This document shows positions 41,218 through 50,649 of a DNA stretch of 64,000 nt, piece by piece (the first letter of the stretch is position 1; each line of letters begins with the position of its first letter). The notes beneath the pieces are model-generated. The model was not told where the DNA came from, searched no databases, and worked only from the letters and a program-made list of their open reading frames with translations. The DNA is from Gammaproteobacteria bacterium (GTDB lineage Bacteria; Pseudomonadota; Gammaproteobacteria; Eutrophobiales; Eutrophobiaceae), in NCBI GenBank assembly GCA_021773235.1, contig JAJFKL010000022.1, positions 389 to 64,388 of the forward strand, in the 5' to 3' direction. Position numbers and translations under genes: made by a program.

Positions 41218-41317
41218 GGATGTGGATTATAGAGTGCTTCGGCAAAGCTTGAAACTAAATTAAGTAACTCTTTGAAAATGGCTTTTCAAGAAGTCATGTA
41301 AACTCAGCACTAGTCTA

Positions 41318-43774
41318 CTATGCGGGTGCAAATACTACTTCTTCCCCTTTTAGAAGAAAAATACCGGAGGTTCTCTCTTCTTTTACTTCATAGACTTTAT
41401 TCATAATGCGGATCACAACACCCGGATAAACTCTACTGCGTACGACAACCCGTGCATCTTTTGAATCGGCCATTAAAGCAGCTAAAGCTTCTTTTTCTTC
41501 AAGCAGCCCTTCAAATTCACTATTTTTCTGTTCTAAGGTGCCTGTCAGTTTTAGTAATAATGCATTTTGTTCTTTTTGTGACTTAGGATTCTTGCAACAG
41601 TGTTCATGTAGCTTTTTTACATCCGTAATTGCTTTTTTAGCTCTAAGTATTTCATCCACTAACCCTGTCAATTTCATCTGCACGTCATTACCAGCACCAA
41701 CTTCAATGATAGTTTTATTAAAACTATCAGAACCTAATATCGCAACTTCGACACCTTTTATTGCCTGCGTTACGTCGCCAGCTAGAATACTTTTTTTCGA
41801 CTTACTATTCCCGACCTGAACTAAGCCCTGAGAGTTTGTATTGCAATTAATAAGGCTGTTCTCTATTAAAATATCACCCGTAGCATTAAGATCTGCATTT
41901 TCAGCAAATGCAGCAGCAATATTTTGTCCGGCAATAATTTTACTTTGTGTCCCCCTGATGCCTGATTTAATAGTGACACTGCCATCCGCCTTAACAGTCG
42001 CATTTTCAACATTTTCCTGGATGATGGCATCACCTTTTGTTTCAACAACAAATCCTGCCCCAACATAGCCCTTAATATTGACTGTCTTGTCAGAATTGAT
42101 ATTGCCTGTCTTTTGGCAGACATCTCCATCAAGCTCCAGATTGTCAGATACTTTAAAATTGATACCATTAACCAATAAAATGCCATCTTCTGTAATACGT
42201 AAAGTACCGTCCGCTTCTTTTATTACGCCTTCAAGTTCAGGTTCAGAATCTTTAACTTGATTTGCAAGTAACTCTTCACCGATGACATTTCGTCCATCTT
42301 CTGAACGTATGGCGGGTATAAGCTTACCAATCACATCTTTTATTTTTACATTCCATGGGTATGATTTTTCATGGTAATCAATCTCTCCATTTGGCAAAAT
42401 TTTTCCACCAACAGAAAATTCTTTGTCAAACTCTACTCGCGCATCAATTCCATCTTTAGCGGAAACACCTTCTGCAACGAGCAAATCTATCTTGGATTTT
42501 TTTTCTCTATTTATATTTTCCAAAATCAATTTAATAGCATTTGTTTTAATTCCGTAGACAACATCATGTTCATTTAATGTTGCAACAACATGCTGCAATA
42601 AAATATTTCCTTCGTCACCGGCTACATCAGAGCGCAATAAACTCATTGTAACTTTTAATTTGTCATCAGAAATAGTTATTCCTGATTTAACAGATACTGT
42701 GTCTGCCTCAGACTCAAGCTGAACAACCCCTAATGTTAAAGCCTTGTATTCACGAAGTCCTGACGTCTTGATTTCTTCTATACCATAACCACAGTTAAGA
42801 GTTGCTTCAACACCGTCATCTCCTGAAATGATTTCACCGAACACATCAAGCCCGGCTTTATAGTTTATGTTTGATTTTATGCGTGCGATAGTTTGCCCTG
42901 GTAATACCGCACGTTTATTGATGTCTTCTGATTGGATATCCACCGCCCACTCAATTAATTCATCTTCGCCATTAACTGCAGCATCACCTTTCGCAACAAT
43001 CACACTCTTAACAACGTCTCCTGTTGATTGAGCTTGCTTCAAGGCTGATTCAATTTGATTGTGATCTATACCATTTACAACACCAGCTGATTCAAGTGTT
43101 TTAAGTATGTCTTCTTTTGAAACTTCTTTATTTAGACCAAGCACCTTTCCGGCATGTATATCCATACAGACTTGTAGTTTGTCTTCAGCTATATCAAGAC
43201 CTGAATCAACGGTGAGCGTGCCAGATTTATAATGGAGTAAGCCTGTGTGGCTACATTCATAGTCAACAATACCATCCGTTTCCTGCGTATAAATAACGCC
43301 CTCTTCATTAATTATTTGCTGATCAAAACCAGGTCGTGCATTTTTATCTTTACCGAAAACAGTTTTGCCTTTCTTGCCTTGAGACGACAATGTCTTAACA
43401 GCAATTTTTACTCCTGGCACTACCAGATACGTTGAACCCTCATCTGTTATGCCATCTATACACCATTCAATGCTTCCATTTGTACCGTTCTCAACATCTG
43501 ACTTGGCAATTACAACCGGTTCTTCTGGAATATTATTTTCATCAACTGAGGTAATTAATTTGTCTATTGCATCTCTATCGATTCCATAAACGACCTTCGA
43601 CTGTTTTAGTTTATTTAGAATATCGACAGCTTTAACGGGTTTTCCATTACCTGTATGCCTGACTATCTTTTTAACACTGACAATTAGACCATCTTCAGGC
43701 ACAGCAATCTGGAACCATCCATTTACAGAAGACTCTTCATTGCTTACTGATGTTTCTTGTGTTTGACTTTCCAT
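41318..43774 (-). CDS. DUF342/FapA-like protein with triplicated N-terminal module
   Basis: 818 aa. Three similar modules: ...LNKLKQSKVVYGIDRDAIDKL..., ...LKTLESAGVVNGIDHNQIESAL... and ...VATLNEHDVVYGIKTNAIKLIL... A beta-helix-like Gly/Asn-rich region follows, then a C-terminal coiled coil and the tail VVRSRVYPGVVIRI. Confidence 0.7.
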   Translation of the reverse strand: MESQTQETSVSNEESSVNGWFQIAVPEDGLIVSVKKIVRHTGNGKPVKAVDILNKLKQSKVVYGIDRDAIDKLITSVDENNIPEEPVVIAKSDVENGTNGSIEWCIDGITDEGSTYLVVPGVKIAVKTLSSQGKKGKTVFGKDKNARPGFDQQIINEEGVIYTQETDGIVDYECSHTGLLHYKSGTLTVDSGLDIAEDKLQVCMDIHAGKVLGLNKEVSKEDILKTLESAGVVNGIDHNQIESALKQAQSTGDVVKSVIVAKGDAAVNGEDELIEWAVDIQSEDINKRAVLPGQTIARIKSNINYKAGLDVFGEIISGDDGVEATLNCGYGIEEIKTSGLREYKALTLGVVQLESEADTVSVKSGITISDDKLKVTMSLLRSDVAGDEGNILLQHVVATLNEHDVVYGIKTNAIKLILENINREKKSKIDLLVAEGVSAKDGIDARVEFDKEFSVGGKILPNGEIDYHEKSYPWNVKIKDVIGKLIPAIRSEDGRNVIGEELLANQVKDSEPELEGVIKEADGTLRITEDGILLVNGINFKVSDNLELDGDVCQKTGNINSDKTVNIKGYVGAGFVVETKGDAIIQENVENATVKADGSVTIKSGIRGTQSKIIAGQNIAAAFAENADLNATGDILIENSLINCNTNSQGLVQVGNSKSKKSILAGDVTQAIKGVEVAILGSDSFNKTIIEVGAGNDVQMKLTGLVDEILRAKKAITDVKKLHEHCCKNPKSQKEQNALLLKLTGTLEQKNSEFEGLLEEKEALAALMADSKDARVVVRSRVYPGVVIRIMNKVYEVKEERTSGIFLLKGEEVVFAPA

Positions 43775-44199
43775 CGCGTTTTATAATTCCATACATAATC
43801 GGTCTAAATGTGTTGTTTGTTTCTGTTAAAATTCGTGAAAATATCACTATGCAATATAAGTTATCGACCCAAAACCGCTGTGCTTTAGTAATAATGGTGT
43901 AAGTCATTGTTTTATAGCAATTCAAAACGCGATGATATTCGGGTTTGTATACTGAAAACGACAACATTAACTAATGAATTTTCAAATATGAGAACCTGTT
44001 TTATATGAAATGCTTTAGATGCTCATTTTACGAATGTAAAATTATTACTCATTCATTTTTTAAGAGTTTGAATTCGAATCAATACGAGAAACTAGCCTAT
44101 CAATTTAGAAGTCTTGTTCATTGATACCAGTCAGTTCTCGTTGTCTTTATTTAAAAAATAATTTACAACCATTAAATGGAATTTTTGTAGAAAAGAATA

Positions 44200-44874
44200 A
44201 TGAAAATATTAGCAATTGAAACAGCCACGGAAGCATGCTCAGCAGCACTTGATATAGATGATAGTTGTATTCATCGTTTTCAAGTCTCCCCTAGACGACA
44301 TACAGAGTTAATCTTACCAATGATCGATGAACTACTCCGAGAGGCGGATATACAAACCAAAGACCTTGATGCGATTGCCTTTGGTCAAGGCCCTGGTGCA
44401 TTTACAGGTGTTCGTATTGCTGTTGGTGTTATACAAGGACTTGCTTTTGCACACGATACACCTGTCATCCCAATTTCATCATTGAATGCTCTGGCTCAAC
44501 ATTTTGCTAGCGAGCATTCGCAAGTTGCATCTGCCATCGATGCGCGTATGCAAGAGATTTACTGGGGTCTTTTCAAGAAGAATGATTTAGGATTGATGCA
44601 ACAAATTACTGAAGAAAAAGTTTGTTCACCAACTGACATTTCTAATCCATCTCGAGGCGAATGGTTTGGTGCCGGTTCTGGTTGGAATACATATAGTGAA
44701 GAACTTCAAGCACAGTTTGATCAAAAGTTGAACGGTTTCAACGGTGACGCATTCCCTTCAGCAAAAGATATTATCGTTCTGGCAAAACCAGCCTATCTTG
44801 AAGGCAATGCAATTCCTGTTGAAGAAGCCACGCCAGTATATTTAAGAAATAAAGTTGCAAATAAATCATCATAG
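44200..44874 (+). CDS. tsaB: tRNA threonylcarbamoyladenosine biosynthesis protein TsaB
   Basis: 224 aa. MKILAIETATEACSAAL...GPGAFTGVRIAVGVIQGLA. Confidence 0.9.
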   Translation: MKILAIETATEACSAALDIDDSCIHRFQVSPRRHTELILPMIDELLREADIQTKDLDAIAFGQGPGAFTGVRIAVGVIQGLAFAHDTPVIPISSLNALAQHFASEHSQVASAIDARMQEIYWGLFKKNDLGLMQQITEEKVCSPTDISNPSRGEWFGAGSGWNTYSEELQAQFDQKLNGFNGDAFPSAKDIIVLAKPAYLEGNAIPVEEATPVYLRNKVANKSS

Positions 44875-44875
44875 T

Positions 44876-45676
44876 TCAATTACTCATATAAAGAACATTT
44901 GATCTGATCGAACCGTTCTTATTAAGGCTCAATTTTCTATAGGCAGGTGCTTTATCATCAACAGCAAATTCAGTGCTGCCGGGTTTGAACTGTAAGCAGG
45001 TTGATGGTGTACCAAGTAATTTCACATTAGCAATTTCATGTTCAAATTCCTGATGAATATGCCCCCAAATAATGCCTCGCACTTGTTTATATTCATCAAC
45101 AATATTCAAAAAGTCTGTTGCGTTAATTAACGACATTGCATCCATCCAACTACTTTTAATCGATACCGGATGATGATGAAGTGCTATCAAACAATGAGAA
45201 TCAAGGCTGGACTCAAGACTTGTGCGCAAAAACTCTAATTCAACAGCAGATAGTTCACCACTATGCTCACCTCTTACACAGGTATCTAGCAGTATGATTA
45301 CCCAATCATCGAATTTGATAAGGTTACCCGTATCATGACCATTAGCACCCATTACATAACGCATTAATTCTGGCGCATCATGGTTGCCCGGCAAGCTAAG
45401 AATAGGTGTTGTTAGTACTGACAAATGATCAGCCAACTTTTGATAAGCCGTCTTAGTGGGTTCATGAACCAAATCACCGGTCAATAAGATTAAATCTGCA
45501 TCAGACTCAGACTCTATGATTTTATTGATTACACGCATCAAACTAGCCGAGGTATCATAATCATTAAATGATGGTGCACCGTCATCGAGTATGTGAGTGT
45601 CCGTGATCTGTATAATATTGATCCTGTCAGGAGCATTAGTACTCCGCTTAGTTGTCGTTTCAATTGTCTCAATCAT
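44876..45676 (-). CDS. cpdA: Class III 3',5'-cyclic-nucleotide phosphodiesterase (CpdA-like metallophosphoesterase)
   Basis: 266 aa. QITDTHI, LTGDLV, LPGNHD, HHHP and WGHIHQ motifs. Confidence 0.8.
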   Translation of the reverse strand: MIETIETTTKRSTNAPDRINIIQITDTHILDDGAPSFNDYDTSASLMRVINKIIESESDADLILLTGDLVHEPTKTAYQKLADHLSVLTTPILSLPGNHDAPELMRYVMGANGHDTGNLIKFDDWVIILLDTCVRGEHSGELSAVELEFLRTSLESSLDSHCLIALHHHPVSIKSSWMDAMSLINATDFLNIVDEYKQVRGIIWGHIHQEFEHEIANVKLLGTPSTCLQFKPGSTEFAVDDKAPAYRKLSLNKNGSIRSNVLYMSN

Positions 45677-45713
45677 GATATTCTTTAGCTAAAATTATTA
45701 GGCCAGTACTCTT

Positions 45714-46376
45714 ATGTCCAGAAAAAGCATGCAGCTCGATGAACAAGTTTATAATTATCTCTTATCAGTTTCATTACGAGAATCACAAATACTTGCAGAA
45801 TGTAGAGCAGAAACGGCAAAACATCCCATGGCCAGGATGCAAATAGCGCCTGAACAAGGTCAATTCATCTCATTTCTAATAAAATTATTACACGTCAAAA
45901 ATGCTCTGGAGATTGGTGTCTTCACTGGGTATAGCAGCCTTTCTATAGCCATGTCATTACCCGAGGATGGACACCTAGACGCTTGCGATAGTGACCCTGA
46001 AGCAACCGCAATTGCGAAAAAATACTGGAACAAGGCGGATGTAGCAGAAAAAATTAATTTGCATATCGGACCAGCAATAGAAACCTTGGATAGATTATTA
46101 GAGGAAAACAAAGATAACACTTATGACTTTGCTTTTATTGATGCCCACAAACCTGAATACATTGATTACTACGAGCGAGCATTACGGCTCATAAGACCCG
46201 GCGGTGTTATTCTCATAGACAATGTTTTATGGTCTGGCAATGTTGCTGACAAAAATAAACAAGATGAAGATACTGTTGCAATACGCAATTTCAATGAACA
46301 TGTAAATAAAGATGATCGCGTTATGATTAGCATGTTACCCGTAGCAGACGGAATCACATTGACAATGAAAAACTAA
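45714..46376 (+). CDS. Class I SAM-dependent O-methyltransferase (caffeoyl-CoA OMT-like)
   Basis: 220 aa. ALEIGVFTGYSSL, FAFIDAHK and GGVILIDNVLWSG. Confidence 0.8.
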   Translation: MSRKSMQLDEQVYNYLLSVSLRESQILAECRAETAKHPMARMQIAPEQGQFISFLIKLLHVKNALEIGVFTGYSSLSIAMSLPEDGHLDACDSDPEATAIAKKYWNKADVAEKINLHIGPAIETLDRLLEENKDNTYDFAFIDAHKPEYIDYYERALRLIRPGGVILIDNVLWSGNVADKNKQDEDTVAIRNFNEHVNKDDRVMISMLPVADGITLTMKN

Positions 46377-48277
46377 TTAAAAAAGTCTTTAACGTCATCC
46401 AACTCATGTGTAATCGGCATCGGTGGTAATGCCTTGATTATACGCTTGCCATAGGCTTTTCTTACTACACGTTTATCACAGATGACACAAACTCCTCTGT
46501 CAGTCACATCGCGAATTAACCGTCCCACTCCCTGTTTTAAACTTATAGCAGCTTGAGGTACTTGATGATCCATAAAAGGATTACTGCCTTGTTTACTAAA
46601 GTGATTCAAACGCGCTTGCAGCACAGGATCGTCCGGACTTGCAAATGGAAGCTTATCAATAATGACTAATGATAAAGCCTCGCCCTTTACATCCACTCCT
46701 TCCCAAAAACTGCTAGTCCCAAGTAACACGGCATGCTTTGTGTGTCGAAACTGATTTAATAATTCTGATCGCGGCGCCTGCCCTTGAATAAAAATGGGAT
46801 AATCAATCTCCTTAGATAAAATATCTGCCGACTTTTTTAATGCTTGATGGCTGGTAAATAAAACAAACGCATGGCCTTCACTATAAGAGAGTAACGTAAG
46901 AGTTCTTTCTATGAATGCATCAAAAAATTCAAATTGATTAGGCTCCGGCAAATCAAGTGGCACATATAGACAAGTTTGGGTTTGATAATCGAAAGGACTA
47001 TTCCAGACCTGTGTTTGACATTCTTCAAGACCAAGCTGACGGCTGTAATAATTAAAATCATCATTTATAGCCAGGCTCGCCGAGGTAAATACACTCGTTG
47101 CATTGTATTCACTAAGTCGTTGCTGGAAGGTCTCAGAGATATTAACGGGTGTTTGGTTCAAATAAAGGTGATGGCCTTTTATTTCCACCCAGCGGATTGA
47201 GTCTTCATTTTTCGTTTCGATATAGGCATCTATGAAATTATAATGAGCCTTTGCACGCTGCCAACAATTATCTAATAACTTGCCACGTCCACAAGCAGTC
47301 TCAAGAATATCGATAACATCTTGAAAGGCGGCCAACATTTTTGGAAGCTCCGTTGACAGTAATGATTTCTCCCATACCTCCAACCAATTATATCGTTGAT
47401 CTTCTCGACCAAATACTAAACGCACATCACGTATCAATTTTTCGAATTTTGCTAATCGCTCTGCTAATTCTTCGATATCCCCAGCTTCCTCATGGTCGGC
47501 TGTTTTTATATCGGTAATCAATTCCAATAGCTGCCGAGTACTCATTGTTTGACTGAAATAAGTCGATGCCAATTCGGGTAATTGATGTGCTTCATCAAAC
47601 ACAATTACATCGGCTAAGGGCAATACTTCACCAAAACCTTTTTCCCGCAAACTCATATCAGATAATAACAAATGATGATTTGTAATCACCAGGTCTGACT
47701 CAAGCGCAGCCTTTCTATTTTTGAAGACAAAGCAATCATCAAAGCTTGGGCACGATTGGCCAAGACAACTTTCTGTTGTTGAGGTTATTCTTGATCGAAT
47801 CACTGAGTTTTCTTCAATCATGCCTAACTCATTAATGTCACCCGTCTTAGTTGAAGATGACCATTGCACAACCTCTTGCAGATCGGTCATGTGTTGATAA
47901 CTCAAGTCTTTAGTATCGTGAATGGCAATATCCATATGTTCCAGGCAAAGATAATTTGAACGCCCTTTGAGCACCATTGTTGTTGCCGGTGACGACAGTG
48001 CTTCTAGTACGAGAGGTAAATCTTTTTGATACAGTTGATCTTGTAGATGACGGGTACCTGTAGAAATGATTACCTTTTGCTTAGACAACAAGGCTGGCAC
48101 CAGGTACGCGACTGTTTTACCTGTGCCTGTACCTGCTTCGCAAACCAAATCCTGGCCGTCGGATATTGCAGAGAATATCTTATGCGCCATATCTTCTTGC
48201 TCTGGTCGATGCCGATAATCATCAATTAAACTTGTTAATGACCCGCCATCAGAAAAGACCTCTTTGATTGTTTTCAT
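46373..48277 (-). CDS. yoaA: DinG-family ATP-dependent helicase (YoaA-like)
   Basis: 634 aa. Walker A EAGTGTGKT, DEAH box (VFDEAHQL) and an Fe-S cysteine cluster (CLGQSCPSFDDC). Its size and location near tsaB match E. coli yoaA. Confidence 0.85.
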   Translation of the reverse strand: MKTIKEVFSDGGSLTSLIDDYRHRPEQEDMAHKIFSAISDGQDLVCEAGTGTGKTVAYLVPALLSKQKVIISTGTRHLQDQLYQKDLPLVLEALSSPATTMVLKGRSNYLCLEHMDIAIHDTKDLSYQHMTDLQEVVQWSSSTKTGDINELGMIEENSVIRSRITSTTESCLGQSCPSFDDCFVFKNRKAALESDLVITNHHLLLSDMSLREKGFGEVLPLADVIVFDEAHQLPELASTYFSQTMSTRQLLELITDIKTADHEEAGDIEELAERLAKFEKLIRDVRLVFGREDQRYNWLEVWEKSLLSTELPKMLAAFQDVIDILETACGRGKLLDNCWQRAKAHYNFIDAYIETKNEDSIRWVEIKGHHLYLNQTPVNISETFQQRLSEYNATSVFTSASLAINDDFNYYSRQLGLEECQTQVWNSPFDYQTQTCLYVPLDLPEPNQFEFFDAFIERTLTLLSYSEGHAFVLFTSHQALKKSADILSKEIDYPIFIQGQAPRSELLNQFRHTKHAVLLGTSSFWEGVDVKGEALSLVIIDKLPFASPDDPVLQARLNHFSKQGSNPFMDHQVPQAAISLKQGVGRLIRDVTDRGVCVICDKRVVRKAYGKRIIKALPPMPITHELDDVKDFFN

Positions 48278-48380
48278 AAATTGCTATAAAGATCGAATAT
48301 TAATAAAACCAAAGAGAATGATGTGAGGGATAAAGATAGATTACCGTAAATAACGATAACTATTTTTGTAATTTGTTTGT

Positions 48381-48860
48381 TTAGATGGTGTTTAGCTCTA
48401 ATCCATTTTGCTCAGTCCAAAGCAGATCTGATATCAGTTTAAACTGCGCAATAGTCATGGCACCTTTCTTATTGTTTTTTCTTTTTTCTTCTAGCACTTC
48501 CATAATGTCATCTCTTTTCGCCATATAGATTTCTTCAGGCATAAAATCAGCATTCATAATCACTAAAACAATCGCATCCCATTCTTGTTCGGTCTTTATT
48601 TGTCCGAGGCGATGTCCCGATCGTTTTTCATTAAAGATAACCCGACCTTTAATTTGAACCTTTAAAGATTCACCAGCAACGTCATAGGTTGCGTCATAGC
48701 CCGGGATGTTTTCATCATTTGGCGACAGCTCAAGAATAGAAATGGCATCATTGATCGCAATTTCAGGGGTAACGGGTAGCGTTTTACCAGTAGCTAACCG
48801 ATATTCTTTAGCGATGCGGCGGGTCTCAGCAATCAACTTATTAACTGAATAAATACCCAT
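48381..48860 (-). CDS. Hypothetical 159 aa protein, possible PD-(D/E)xK-like nuclease fold
   Basis: It starts 3 nt after the epmA stop on the same strand. GYDATYDVAGESLKVQIKGR is a D...(Q/E)xK-like pattern. Lys-rich C-terminal segment. No family securely recognised. Confidence 0.6.
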   Translation of the reverse strand: MGIYSVNKLIAETRRIAKEYRLATGKTLPVTPEIAINDAISILELSPNDENIPGYDATYDVAGESLKVQIKGRVIFNEKRSGHRLGQIKTEQEWDAIVLVIMNADFMPEEIYMAKRDDIMEVLEEKRKNNKKGAMTIAQFKLISDLLWTEQNGLELNTI

Positions 48861-48863
48861 AAA

Positions 48864-49820
48864 CTAATTTGACCCCAAAATGAACGTACTGACTTCATTT
48901 ATATCATCTTTTTCAGATAAAACCATCAATAAACGATCTATTCCAACTGCGACACCAGAACATTCAGGTAATCCTGATTTTAGTGCCGCCACAAAGTCTT
49001 GATCTATTGGCGGCTCTGCCATGCCCTTATTTCTTCTCGTCGACAACTCTTTTTCAAATCGATCCACTTGTTCATCTACATCTGTGAGCTCATTAAAGCC
49101 ATTGGCAATTTCCATTCCTGCGATAAATAATTCAAAACGTTCACTAACAATCGGCTCTCCTTTTTTCAACGTTGCCAAAGCCGACATGCATTCAGGATAG
49201 TCGTAAATAAAAAGTGGTTTGCTCTGACTAAGATTCTTTATAACGGCCTCAGAAAACAAAAAATCAAGCAATGCATGACGATCATCACTAGCGTCTTCCC
49301 AACCCTGTTGTATACAAAGGTTCTGTAATTCACTTATAACTACTGCATGTGGATTAATTTCTAGCGTTTGCTTAAATGCGTCTGCATAAGTCATCTTGTC
49401 TGGTGCTTCCAGGCCAATATCGGTCAACAATTCACCCACTTCATCCATGAGTTGAAAATAGTCAAAGCCAGTTCGATACCACTCAAGCATGGAAAATTCT
49501 GTGTTATGTCGTTTACCTGATTCTTCATTACGGAATACATGTGCTATTTGATAGATTGAGTCCGAACCCGCGGCAAGCAAACGCTTCATACAAAATTCAG
49601 GAGAGGTCTGCAAATAGAGCATTGCATCTCGATTAGATACCCCAGATGTTGTCATACTCTGGATATAAGGGTCACTGATACCAAAGTGACTAAGAATAGG
49701 CGTATCGACCTCGAGAATCTCACGTGACTCCATGAAAGCTCGGATCTGTTTCAGTAAACTCGCTCGTTTTTTTATTACTTCTAGACTAGCGCTGGGTTGC
49801 CATGAATTATCAGTCGTCAT
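48864..49820 (-). CDS. epmA: Elongation factor P--(R)-beta-lysine ligase
   Basis: 318 aa. Class II LysRS-like core without an anticodon domain (TSPEFCMKRLLAAG, FRNEE, EWYR, GVAVGIDRLLM). Confidence 0.9.
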   Translation of the reverse strand: MTTDNSWQPSASLEVIKKRASLLKQIRAFMESREILEVDTPILSHFGISDPYIQSMTTSGVSNRDAMLYLQTSPEFCMKRLLAAGSDSIYQIAHVFRNEESGKRHNTEFSMLEWYRTGFDYFQLMDEVGELLTDIGLEAPDKMTYADAFKQTLEINPHAVVISELQNLCIQQGWEDASDDRHALLDFLFSEAVIKNLSQSKPLFIYDYPECMSALATLKKGEPIVSERFELFIAGMEIANGFNELTDVDEQVDRFEKELSTRRNKGMAEPPIDQDFVAALKSGLPECSGVAVGIDRLLMVLSEKDDINEVSTFILGSN

Positions 49821-49884
49821 ACGTGCCTACAATATTGAAATTAGCACTTTCGACTGCTTCATCACCATGAAAACTGCTGTTTAT

Positions 49885-50454
49885 TTACTCTTTCGCACGA
49901 CTGACGTATTCGCCGGTTCGCGTATCAATCTTCAGCAAATCGCCATTTTCAACAAATAGTGGGACTTTAACGATTGCTCCGGTCTCAAGCGTTGCCGGTT
50001 TTGAGCCACCTTGTGCGGTATCCCCTTTTAGACCTGGATCGGTATCTGTGACCTCCAATACAACGAAATTTGGTGCTGCAACTGACAATGGCACATCATT
50101 CCACAAGGTAACCAGACACATTTCCTCGCCTTTAATCCATTGTTTGGCGTCGCTAACGGCATTAGCGTCGGCTTCACACTGTTCATAGCTATCTTTATTC
50201 ATGAAATGCCACATCTCTCCATCGTTATAGAGATATTGCAGATCAAGGTCGACCACATCGGCACCTTCAACAGATTCACCAGACTTATAGGTCTTCTCAA
50301 GCACTCGGCCTGTCTTCAGGTTGCGCATCTTAACCCGGTTAAAGGCTTGGCCTTTGCCCGGTTTAACAAACTCATTCTCAATGATTGAGCATGGATCGTT
50401 TTCAATCATTATTTTAAGACCTGATTTGAATTCGTTTGTGCTATAAGTCGCCAT
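49885..50454 (-). CDS. efp: Elongation factor P
   Basis: The ATG at 50454 gives [32 protein letters not shown] contains the modifiable Lys of the PGKGQA loop. Confidence 0.95.
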   Translation of the reverse strand: MATYSTNEFKSGLKIMIENDPCSIIENEFVKPGKGQAFNRVKMRNLKTGRVLEKTYKSGESVEGADVVDLDLQYLYNDGEMWHFMNKDSYEQCEADANAVSDAKQWIKGEEMCLVTLWNDVPLSVAAPNFVVLEVTDTDPGLKGDTAQGGSKPATLETGAIVKVPLFVENGDLLKIDTRTGEYVSRAKE

Positions 50455-50486
50455 GATGTCCTCTTTCAAATATAGTTATTACATAT

Positions 50487-50603
50487 GAAAACGTTATGAG
50501 CGCAGCTTAGGCTAGGCAAAAATGGCGAGAACGCGCAGTTTATATGAATAAATGAGCATTTTGAGCCAGTTTTAACGCCGCATAAGCAAGCGCAATAGTT
50601 TTC
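50487..50603. repeat. Intergenic repeat-like element bounded by GAAAAC...GTTTTC
   Basis: GAAAACGTTATGAGCGC...GCGCAATAGTTTTC imperfect terminal inverted repeat. Internal GAGCGCAG / GAACGCGCAG / AACGCCGCATAAGCAAGCGC units resemble the GAACGAAGCG / GAACGCCCGAACGAG units at 51836-51870. Confidence 0.4.
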
Positions 50604-50649
50604 ACACAGATTCTAAAAGCGCAATATCATACATGGAACCTAAGAAATA

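Noticed and set aside
41866-42186. 106 aa alternative-frame ORF inside the DUF342 gene.
   Set aside because: It is embedded in the 818 aa frame, whose repeat structure and C-terminal motifs support the long frame.
43737-43967. 76 aa minus-strand ORF upstream of and overlapping the DUF342 start.
   Set aside because: It lies in an AT-rich promoter region, overlaps the better gene and has no recognisable features.
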